Shown here piece by piece: positions 39,520 through 49,898 of a stretch of DNA of 64,000 nucleotides. Source of the DNA: Macrostomum hystrix. Its lineage: Eukaryota; Animalia; Platyhelminthes. How positions within the stretch are numbered: position 1 is the first letter of the stretch; each line of letters begins with the position of its first letter. The stretch covers positions 11,532,001-11,596,000 of the forward strand of contig CATNEN010000003.1 of assembly GCA_950097015.1 (NCBI GenBank), given 5' to 3'. The position numbers and the translations under genes are program-made. Below the pieces are notes generated by a model. That model saw only the letters and a list, made by a program, of their open reading frames with translations, ran no database searches and was not told where the DNA came from.

Positions 39520-40195
39520 ATTTATACCTGGTATTTGAGGCACACGGGCTCGCGCCATCAGCAGGTCCGTCGGCAGCCGCTCTGGGTAGTTGGATGCCAA
39601 GGGCAGCGATTGGTTGGCAGCGTCCAGGGCTCGAGACCTCGAGTCAGTCATCGGCACTGCCTCCAGTCCGTACAGGAGGATCGGCTCTGCGCGAAACAGC
39701 TGCGAATCTTCAGTTTATTGTTGGCAGCGGAGCTTAAAGCCTTCCTGAGGCTTCGCGCCAGGCCTGCGACCTCCAATCAACGATGATGGAGTCAGGAGCA
39801 TAGGTACAGGAAGTCTTGGCACACCGAGATCTGCACTTCCCCATCTGGCAGGGTCAGGATTGGTGCTGTATCGGTGCCCACGTGAAGCACCTCTGTCTTG
39901 CGCGCGTTGATTTCCAGACGTAGCACCAGCAGGTAGCTGTCCTCCCGTGTAAGGCTTCGGCGCAGAACGTAGTCGATGACAAGGATGAAGAGCAGTGGAG
40001 ACAGCGTGTCACCTTGGAGAACTTGGTTTGGACAAAGGCTTTGCTGTCGTTGTAGAGGTCCATCGCTGCAGTGATGTGAGCCCGCGGGTCGCCATAGTGC
40101 TCGAGCAGCCATGCGGTCGCGCGCCTGGCATACTGAGCCAAAAGCTTTACGGAAATCCACAAAGACAATAACTGACACGGCTCTTTGGTGAGTTC
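39520..40195 (-). pseudogene. Decayed non-LTR retrotransposon reverse transcriptase fragment (RTE-like)
   Basis: Motifs VFVDFRKAF.SV, LL.HYG.P....AAMDLY, VLQGDTLSPLLFILVIDYVLR, LEINARKTEVL and DFLYL.S are spread over shifted frames. The catalytic YADD segment is missing. Confidence 0.88.
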
Positions 40196-43100
40196 GATTG
40201 AGATTTAGATTGAGATTGATTGGTTGATTGTTGATTAAAATCGACAGCTTAACTGGTGATTTTCAATCCAAATCCCAATAATTATCCAGATTGATTTATT
40301 GATTGTAAATAACAATGAATCTTCATCTAAAATGATTCGGGTATTGACGGATATGACTCCCACTGCTAATCGTAATAAATATCGGATTATATTTACTTGA
40401 GTTTTAATCAAATCCGGCGTATTCATCAGCCAGATTGTGATTTCGGCAGTTCAGTTCGAAATTAGAATCATATATCTTTTTTAGCTCTGAATTTTTTTCT
40501 ATGTTTCCGTACGATCTGCAAGTGTCATCTCAGAAATTCCATTTCAAACGTTGAAAGTCAGTCAGACATAAAAAATTACATCAAAGGGTAAATCTAAAGC
40601 GTTAAAATTGAAGAATTACTCAATTACTCATCCGAATCAATAGTTCGGTGAATCATATTAACCTAGATAGAGAGTGACCGGCGATCAACAAAGTACAGAT
40701 GGGTTTTAACGTTCAAAGTGTATTTAAATACTTCGTAATTGTTCAAATAATAGCAGCTATATACCTTCATCTATACGTCGGCATAAGTTTAGTTTTTTGA
40801 GAGGCTGGACCGCTATTTCTAAGCGCTTTCTAACATGCGCAGCTCTGCAGTGCATAAATTTACAGTGTGATTCATTTAACCAGGTCATGAGAAAAAAGTT
40901 ATATAAAAATGGTTGATAAAGAGAACAAAAGTGACAAGCTGAAGGTCAAGCTTTGTCGTCCTACTACGCATGTACATTTTATATGCCGTTAATAAAAAGG
41001 AGCAAAAAACTTCTGCTTATTGTTTAGTTTTTTAGACTTTGATTCACTATGAAGGTAAGTCAACATTTATAACAAGAAAGAAGTAATTAATTTCTTTGAG
41101 ACTGCTGAAATTAATATAAAATGTGGATAAATCAGGGAAGTTTAATTTCTAAATTGAAATAAAATGCTTTTTTTCGCTTAGACCCGCGTTGTAAATTCAT
41201 AAAAGCAAGTTACTGTTTGTGCATACAAGGCTAGATATAACGAAATTTGCTATACATTTTGACTACATACGGCTTAAAGTCATTGCTAAGGTCGATGTAA
41301 TTAAAGAAGTTCGTAAGTTTTTAAATAATCAAGTCACTAATTAATTTTTTGCACATAATACTACAATAGTGATTAACCTCGAAGCACCGACTACACGCAG
41401 CCAAAGAAAGTAGAGTCAATTAGAAATATAGACTTGAATGCTGACATCATGTGGTTTATCCAGGCAACGACAAAGTTAAATTCAGAATGAATAATAAAAG
41501 TACAGTATCGTCGATTTAGCTAATCGCGCACCGAATCACGAAACGACTGAAATAGTTGGTTTATCACCATCACCTTAATTATACACTAGCCTATTTATCT
41601 ATTATTCACAAGTTTCCTATAACCTTGTGTGTTTATACAGTAATATCTTGTTATTTCTTGCACTGCTCGGGGTCACCGCTTTAGCGTACAATTGATGCTT
41701 CATTCAGAAAACGTACACAAAAAGATTTACTCTGTTGTTTATTTTCCCTATGGTTACATCGTAGTAAAACAATACATGTATTCTAACAGTCTAAGAAAAG
41801 TAGATGGTAAGTTAAAGCTAAAATTTTTAAGTTAAGATTAACAATAAACAAGTTTTTTATGTATTTTACTTAAAATTATTAAACTTAGCTAATTGTGGCT
41901 TCTATTTAAAAAGCTACTTTCTTGGTAGCACGCCTGGTTGCACACACACAACTATGTGAGTAAAGGTAAATTAATTTGCCTTTTTATCTAGGAAAAGAGT
42001 GTGCGTTTTGTGTATTTTTAAAAAACGATTTAACATGTTCAGTTGTTAATGATTATGGGAAGTGTTAAATTTCCTCTCCTAAATATGTGTGCAAGACACT
42101 TGCACAGTGCAGTGCAGTGGCAAGTGGCCTTAATAATAGCCACAGCCCTCAGCAGGCATAGGTAGTCAATATATTATATGTAGTCTTATTACCTAAAATT
42201 ATATTAATATTTTACTATGTTACATAGATAGTAATACTATGTAATGGTGTGTCTCTAAAGGTGCTATTCAATAATGTCAAACTTGTCAACTCTTACTCCT
42301 TTAGAATTGCAAAACAGCTCTTTGTTAATGACACTATATCAAGTCAACTAACATTTTGGAGTTGTTATTTATTTATTTTTATAATTATAGCCAGCCACGC
42401 CATAGGTCCCTCTAATAGTGCCACCCACAATCTAGAACATGTAGCAATTGTTTTATGTATGTCCCTAAAATGTTAGGGTATATTTGTGTTAGGTGTCCAC
42501 TTGCCTCACTGAATTCTTGGTGTGCACACTTAGTGCTCAAGGTGGGTATAATGCCTAGCGCTATGTAGATTATTTCTAGGCAATAGGAACAAGTTAGTTT
42601 GTTGACAAGCAAAAGTTTACTTTGTCATGTTGCTAATTTATCCGTTTATTTGATTGGCCTTCATGTACAAGCAAAGTCAAAGAGATAGGCCTATAGACAT
42701 TTTAACTTTAACTTTTTTGAAAACCAAGGGTTTTCAGATATTCATGGAATACACTTAGTTTTTTACTTCAAAGTTTTAAAGAAGCTTAAGTTTTTATTGG
42801 TTTTTGTAGTTTGCTAAATTTTAATTTTGTTTTTAGTGATATGGAATTTCTGCAATGTTCATGATGCAGTTGGTTTGTTAAAATAGTTATGGGAATCTTT
42901 TTCAATAGCCATGATGCCATTACAGTTCAATTAAGACAAACAAAATGGTAGAAAATAATAATAAATTTCAGAGAATATTAAAGCTTAAGTTACATTGGTT
43001 GTCTCAGTTTGTTAAGATATAGAAACAGGCAATCATAGTTGAATATATGACTAGTCAGTTGTCTATGGTAAATATGGCACTTCTGTTTATGTATGTAATT

Positions 43101-43323
43101 TACAAATCTTTGCTTATGTGCAAAAACTATAAACTTTATCACTTCTTTCAATGTCATTGTTCACAATAGCAACATCATTGTTATAAAACAAAAAAACAAT
43201 TATATTAGTAAATGTTTTAGAGCAAAAATATTTATTATTTATAAATTACTGCAGTGTTTATATTTTATTTATAAAAATGTGCATATGTAATAATCAAAAA
43301 GTTAATTTTTCCTTGTTGCAGAA

Positions 43324-44923
43324 ATGGCAGAAAACATAGACAAAAGTCGCAAAGGAGAAATAGATGCACCAATCAAAGAGATGATGACTGAGATCAACTC
43401 ACATGCTAAGATGTCAACAACCAGCTCATGTTCAGGTCGCATTGTCATTTATCAGGTATATATTTATGTTCTAGAAAACATAATATCATTGCCTCTATAG
43501 AAACTTGCTTAAAGGTTTTCGATTTCTTATTGCAGAAACTGGAAAATGTAAAAAAGTCAAATTGCAATTGGATCCTTGTACTGCATGACATGATCACATT
43601 GGAGCAGATTAAAAGCAGCTTATATAAAATTTCTACTGGTGGTATTGTCTTTATTAAGTTCGAACCTTTTATATTGCATTGTCAGTGTACTGACATGGAG
43701 TCTGCCAGATGTCTGGTAAGTGCTTAGATTTTAGATTTTAGATTAAAAGTTTTTCTAAACTTCTAAACTTTTCTAAAGAGCTTCATTTAGGGTGCCACTA
43801 CTCATCTCCTAGATCCTCCAAGGTTAGAGCCACCACCATCTCTTATATCCTCTGAGGTCAGAGCCACCACTATCTCCCAGTTCATCTGAGGTTAGAGCCA
43901 CCACCATCTCTTATATCCTCTGAGGTCAGAGCCACCACTATCTCCCAGTTCATCTGAGGTTAGAGCCACCACCATCTCCCAGTTCATCTGAGGTCAGAGC
44001 CACCACCATCTCCCAGTTCATCTGAGGTCAGAGCCACCACCATCTCCCAGTTCATCTGAGGTCAGAGCCACCACTAACTCCCAGTTCATCTGAGGTTAGA
44101 GCCACCACTATCTCCCTGTTCATCTGAGGTTAGAGCCACCACTATCTCCTAGAGCTACCACCAATAGTACTTCAACTTAAAAATATTTTTTAACAGCTGA
44201 TCTGCGGTCTTAATAGCGGCTTTCGTGAATCTGGTATAGTTATTGGCAAGAATGATAAATTCACCGTGGTAAGAATTTGTAATTTTTTTAAACTAAATTT
44301 TCTATGAATTATCGCTTTAAAGTTCATGCATACTGTTTAAATTAATTATTTTAGGCTATCAGATCTTCGCAGATCATGGAAGTGCCGTTAACAGACGATC
44401 AAGGCCAGGTGTTGGTTTCCGATGAGGTACGAGATAGCTAATTTGTCAAAATTAGTCACTTAAATTTGGCTTGTTAAATTTCATAAAAGTGCTTTAGCAA
44501 TATTATTAGTTTCAAGAAAGTTGAAACACAAGCTACTCTCGTGACTGCAGTTTTAGAATTGAATCGAAATTTACGATCTCTGCGTGTCTTCTTTTGCCTA
44601 TTGGCTGGGTGCCCTCCACGCCTAGTCAACATCCTCACCCTCCGCTCATCTGTTTCTTTTCAAGTCTGCTTATAAATTTATAGCAAGCGTTTCTGTTAGC
44701 GTCTGAAAATTGTTGCTTTTAACTTCATGTTAAGTATTCGTCCTATCTTTGAGACCTGTTCGGTCTCTGAGCTTACACACTTCACCATCTGTTGCAGTAC
44801 CTGGCTCAGCTAACTAGCCTACTAAATCAGAGAATGCTACTCACAGCCGAACGAAGACAGAAATTTCATGCTGCTCTGCGGACCAGATTTCAAACCGGAT
44901 CTGCTGCTGGCGATGCTGATTGA
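43324..44923 (+). CDS. TYW3: tRNA wybutosine-synthesizing protein 3; exons 43324-43455, 43536-43715, 44197-44268, 44355-44426, 44798-44923 (193 aa; an extra upstream exon is possible)
   Basis: All introns are GT-AG, phase 0. Motifs DKSRKGEID, TTSSCSGRI, KKSNCNWILVLH, KFEPFILH, SGFRESGI, AIRS..MEVPL and LVSDEYL. TGA at 44921-44923. A strong acceptor ttttccttgttgcag lies 2 nt before the ATG. Confidence 0.95.
43795..44162. repeat. 34-bp minisatellite (GAGCCACCACYATCTCCCAGTTCATCTGAGGTYA)n in TYW3 intron 2
   Basis: Direct periodicity, ~10 units. Confidence 0.93.
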
Positions 44924-45231
44924 CAATTATTAATTTTTCTTCTATTTTAATTTTAATTTTGTCGGAAAAGTATTGTTTATGATTTGTTTATTTAGCAAAG
45001 CATCTATTATAATTTGATATGCTAGTTAGGTTTACAAGATTTACAAAAGCCAGATTTACAAAAAGCTGTTGAGTACTTGAGAACACAATTTGTTAGCTTT
45101 GGTCAAATTTTTAACTGCCAACCATAACCGAAAAAATGGTGTTTTTCAGCTTGCAATTCAGCTCGAGTTTTTTCAAGTTATTTTCACTTTTATAAAGAAA
45201 CAGTTCAACGTATTAAAATAAACGCAGCGCG

Positions 45232-45781
45232 ATGATGGAAGATTCCTATATGTACGACGCCAGCGGCAGTAGTCTAGACGGCTACTGTCAACAGGTTGAC
45301 GTGAAATTCAGTCTAGCCAGCGATCAGGAACTGCCTCTAGACCTGTTGGATACGGAACAGGATCTGTCAGTTCATCAGCCGTCGTTTTCTTGGCTACTAT
45401 CCGAACAGCCATTGATGGTTGAAGAAAGTTTTGATCCGTTTAATCTGCAGTTTCAGCAACAGCAGCAGCAGATAATGCCAATTGAGCCACCATCCTACAT
45501 TGTTCTGGAGCAGAAGCAACAGCAGCAGCAGGAACTAGAACAGACAGTTCCAACACCGGCAATTCAACAGAAGAAGTCGAAGAAATCTGCTCTAGCTCGC
45601 CGTCTTCATCTGCGCGCCTCGCGTCAAAGCCAGAACATCAGCGGCGGCGCCGGATCGGACAATAGCGGCCTGATTGAACAGAGCCAGATCTGTTGCGTCT
45701 GCGGCGATACGGCCACCGGATTTCATTATTCGGCTCTGACATGCGAAGCTTGTAAAAGCTTTTTTAAACGCACAGTGCAAG
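45232..45781 (+). CDS. Nuclear receptor (NR3/ERR-steroid-receptor-like) exon 1: Q-rich A/B region and first zinc finger
   Basis: [30 protein letters not shown]; donor G|gtaaat (phase 1). Confidence 0.93.
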
Positions 45782-45971
45782 GTAAATGAAAAAACTGATT
45801 AATTTCTATTTTCTATGATGTTCTTTTCCTGACACAAAGTGAAATCCAGTTAAATTAGCATAAACTCGTGTACTTACCCATTTCCCTACTTGATTGCCTA
45901 ATTAATTTATTCATTCAATTATTATTCATTTGTTTTTTTAATTCTCTTAACACTAATTCTGTTTTCGGCAG

Positions 45972-46088
45972 ACAAGCACAATTACAACTGCTGCGGCAAT
46001 TACGACTGTTCGGTAAATCGTTCGCTGCGAAAAACCTGTCAGTATTGCCGATTTCAGAAGTGCCTACAGAATGGAATGCAGCCAATGG
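45972..46088 (+). CDS. Nuclear receptor exon 2: second zinc finger (117 nt)
   Basis: ggcag|AC ... G|gtaaga. Encodes DKHNYNCCGNYDCSVNRSLRKTCQYCRFQKCLQNGMQPM. Confidence 0.93.
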
Positions 46089-46283
46089 GTAAGAATGGCT
46101 TTCTTATATTTTTCTAATGCTTTCGTAAGATAAGTTTTAATCTCCTCTCTCCTATCTCGGCAGTGGTAAATGTCTACAAATATGTCTTTAGGACTATAAT
46201 AGCCATTTAGTTCCCTCCGTGTGGCACAAACATAATCCCCTCCACTGGTAACAGATAGACAAACACCATTGGCAGACGGAAAA

Positions 46284-46778
46284 TCCCTCCAGCAGCAGAG
46301 AACTCATGCCCCCCAGCAGCAGAGAACTCATGCCCCTCAGCAGCAGAGAACTCATGCCCCACAGCAGCAGAGAACTCATGCCCCACAGCAGCAGAGAACT
46401 CATGCCCCTCAGCAGCAGAGAACTCATGCCCCCCAGCAGCAGAGAACTCATGCCCCCCAGCAGCAGAGAACTCATGCCCCCCAGCAGCAGAGAACTCATG
46501 CCCCCCAGCTGCAGAGAACTCATGCCCCCCAGCTGCAGAGAACTCATGCCCCCCAGCAGCAGAGAACTCATGCCCCCCCAGCAGCAGAGAACTCATGCCC
46601 CCCAGCTGCAGAGAACTTATGCCCCCCAGCTGCAGAGAACTCATGCCCCCCAGCAGCAGAGAACTCATGCCCCCCAGCTGCAGAGAACTCATGCCCCCCA
46701 GCTGCAGAGAACTTATGCCCCCCAGCTGCAGAGAACTCATGCCCCCCAGCTGCAGAGAACTCATGCCCCCCAGCAACA
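46284..46778. repeat. 24-bp minisatellite (CAGCWGCAGAGAACTCATGCCCCC)n in nuclear receptor intron 2
   Basis: Direct periodicity, ~20 units; source of five overlapping spurious ORFs. Confidence 0.95.
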
Positions 46779-47964
46779 TCGAACTAATGTCGTCCCAGCT
46801 ACACAGAACCAATTTATACCAATGTATTTACCAATAGGCAAAAAATGTCCCAATAGCAGGCAATGCTGCCTTTTAGCAGCAAACATTATTAAAAATCAAA
46901 TCTGGCCTTGACAATGATAGTACGCAACTAATCCTCAGTCTGCCCTTTACCAACTCACAAACGCGCACGGGTGAGCAAAGCACTGATGCAATCAATTAAA
47001 ATTTGCAGTGCACAATCTCACAAGAATTTCCCTGTCATACAGAGAGATCTTAGAGATTTAGTAGAGTGTGATGATAATATAAGAGAGATAAGATGAGATG
47101 TGATGATGATTAATTGTGGACAAGAATCTGACAAGAAACGTGCCTTAGCTGTCTAAGCTAAACATCTGTCATGCGTGACCTTCACTGTGCCGCGACAGTG
47201 CAATAAATGTAGTTGCGTAATGCATCAGTTTAATATAATAGCAACCATTTTATTTCATTGACAGCATGTGCATGTAGAATCAGTCTGCATAGTAAAAGAT
47301 AATGAATAAATGTTACAATGAAGGTGAAAATTTGACAATGTAATAACTGTAGCCAAAATTTTCTGACCCACCTAGATCCACCCCTTTCTCGAATAAATTT
47401 CACGATCTTTCACCTAAAAATGTATATTTCGGGTAGAATTAACATTTCATGTAACTTCACTGGAAATTTCTATATTTACTTCTAGTACAAAAGAAGAATG
47501 ACAGCGCAATGCTTTCACAAGTGACTCAATTTTTTTCTCATTGTAGTGGATGTCGATTGTAAGCAAATGTACAGCGGAATTTTCCGCCCTACAAAAGTTC
47601 CCATTATTTATCATATTAGAATATCTAGCCTTCATTTTCATATTGTTTGGGCGAGTAGACTAAGTAGACTAAATCTTTCTAGTAGATTCTGGCGTTTACC
47701 GAATGATACTTGTCCTAATAATACTTTGAGTTCGGGCACAGTTTGTATTGCTATTCTGTGTTAGATTTTTTCTCTCTCACTCATCTCGTCTCAACTGTAC
47801 AATAAAGCAAGTTGGGTAGACCATAAGTTTTTGTTCGTCACAAATTTGGAAAGTATTTTTATCTCTCATAGTCAGTTTTTATGCATTGCGCTAATTTAAA
47901 GTTGTAATTTATTTTTTTAATGTCACTACTTAAAAAAAACATCAAAAGTAGTTAGTTTGGATAT

Positions 47965-48145
47965 TAATTTGTTTAGAAGTTTAGAGTCGGACTCGCGACT
48001 TGAAGGTCGAGGGTTCGATTCCTAAATCTACTTGAGCAATTTTTATCCTTTAGCAAGACACTCAACTCTGCATTGCTTCAGTTCAGTCCATGTACGGCTG
48101 TCCACGGACTGAACAGCCGTACGCAGCCTTCAGATACGTAGAAAA
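47965..48145 (+). mobile_element. tRNA-derived SINE (family B) with a CORE-like central domain
   Basis: GACTCGCGACTTGAAGGTCGAGGGTTCGATTCC (B box). TCCTTTAGCAAGACACTCAACTCTGCATTGCTTCAGT resembles the CORE-SINE domain. Tail GGACTGAACAG..GCAGCCTTCAGAT. Confidence 0.72.
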
Positions 48146-48243
48146 TTGAATTCCGTCCATCAAAATATCAAAATACATTGGTTAACAAAATGATTTATTG
48201 ATGATAATAATTAATGATTAAACTTCATTCTAACCAAAACCAG

Positions 48244-48702
48244 AGGTCCGCATGGATCACACTCGCGGCGGTCGACGCAAATGCAAGCGAACCTCGCGCG
48301 AACAATTCGAACGCCTAGTCGACAACATCGCCAGTCATCCGTCGTCGAATAATTTGTCTACGGCGGCCAAATCGAAGACTAAAAGCCAGCGACAGATTCC
48401 AGATAGTAACATGCTACTTCGCGACTTCATATTAGACATTGAGTCTGCTCACATTGCCCAATGCCAGGTGCCTATTGAACTGCCCCTGCCTAATTGGCTA
48501 GCCGTGGAGGTGCGCACACCTTCCGCCTTCCGTCTGGCAGTCAGGCATTGGTTTCGTCGCGGCCTTCAATCAGTGGTGCGCTGGTCACGCAGCCTATCCT
48601 GCTTGGCCGCATTGCCTAGGCGCGACCTGTGCGAATTGCTGCACGAAAATTGGCTGGCCGTACTGGCTATTGATACCCTGGCCTGGAGCCAACCGTTTGA
48701 TG
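48244..48702 (+). CDS. Nuclear receptor exon 3: C-terminal extension, hinge and LBD helices 1-5
   Basis: accag|AG gives EVRMDHTRGGRRKCKR (VRxDxxRGGR motif). VVRWSRSL..L..L...DL.ELL...WL.VL is a degenerate LBD signature. Donor G|gtaggc. Confidence 0.9.
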
Positions 48703-48861
48703 GTAGGCCTGCTGAGTTTAATACTACTTATTTATGTGATACTACTTATGAAATATGATACTGCTAATTGCGTATCATGCTGGTTAATAAATATCATGCT
48801 AATTGTTATATCTAATACTTCTTTCAAATATGATACTCCTTCGAATATGATATTATAATTA

Positions 48862-49175
48862 ATAATTGCAGGAGGGCTGCGGGCAATGGCACATCATTTG
48901 GTGATAGTAGACCCGCAGCCAGCGAGGAGGCAGTTCTGCCCATTTCGCTAACTCCTGAGCACACACGCACACAGATACTGTACGCAGGCACACGCTCACA
49001 CAGGGGGTGTGTACATCTGCTGTGACTTTCTAATCGTCAGGCAGTGTACACTCTCACTGTGCCTTGGAGGTTGGCCCTCAATGGCGTGAATTGCACGACA
49101 AGCCCCCAAGCCTTCCTCTGTGCCTGCGCCCCAAATAAATGTGGCCTCGCCGCGGAATCGAGCTCATTGACCCCT
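48862..49175 (-). mobile_element. SINE family A, near full-length, antisense in nuclear receptor intron 3
   Basis: The reverse complement matches 9303-9433 (TCGATTCCGCGGCGAGGCCACATTTATTTGGGGCGCAG...) and 38828-39068. Confidence 0.88.
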
Positions 49176-49341
49176 TGCATATGATATTACTTAAATGTTA
49201 CTTAAAAATCATGCTTTCTAAATTTAATACAACTTTGTTTTTATTTACTTATAGCTAGCACTATCTTGATAGATATTGGTAGTATAATAGTATTATTATT
49301 ACAAACTAAGCGAAATTTTCAAAACCGGCCACCAATCCTAG

Positions 49342-49898
49342 GCACAATTCGTTTCGGCTCAAATTTCTCTCTTCGCCGCGAAGACCTCGGCGATTATCAG
49401 CCATTGTCAGATTTCTACTGCACAATGCAGAGCATGTTCTGTTCGTTGGACTCTTTGCAATTGAATGTCAACGAATTGGCCGTATTGAAACTAGTCGCCC
49501 TACTAGACCAGAGTGTCGCCGATCGATTGATCGACGCCGAGGCACTCGGTCCCCTCTCAGGCGCGGCAATGCGAGCTCTCTACTCAGTGTGCGCCGAAAA
49601 ACTCATTTCCGATCCTAGCAGTCCTGAGGTTGACTACTACATTGGTAGACTGCTGATGCGACTCGGCTTCACCGTCAACCTGCGTCACGGATGCCGAGTC
49701 TGGACTAGCCTTGATCCGCCAGCCTGCGCTGAGGCTCGCGAACTTATCGAGACTGCCATGGACGAACAGTTGAATCCGAATTCAAAGCCGCAGCAGCAGC
49801 AGCAGCAGCAGCATCAGTTTGGTCTGCGGAGGCAAGAAGGCTCGTCTGGCTCCTTCTGCCTCTCCTCATCGTCGTCTTCAGCTTCGTTGTTGAATTAG
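49342..49898 (+). CDS. Nuclear receptor exon 4: LBD helices 6-12 and Q/S-rich tail
   Basis: cctag|GC gives PFDG|TIRFGSNFSL; LQLNVNELAVLKLVALLD is typical H8-H9; IGRLLMRL is H10. TAG at 49896-49898 followed by AATAAA at 49906. Confidence 0.9.

Noticed and set aside
41049-41060. ATGAAG|gtaagt as a first coding exon for TYW3
   Set aside because: A phase 0 donor is out of frame with the acceptor at 43321. It could be a 5'UTR exon, but this is unsupported.
46194-46911. Overlapping ORFs (GHEFSAAG, QQQRTHAP, SSRELMPP)
   Set aside because: 24-bp intronic minisatellite; receptor exons 2 and 3 join in frame without it.
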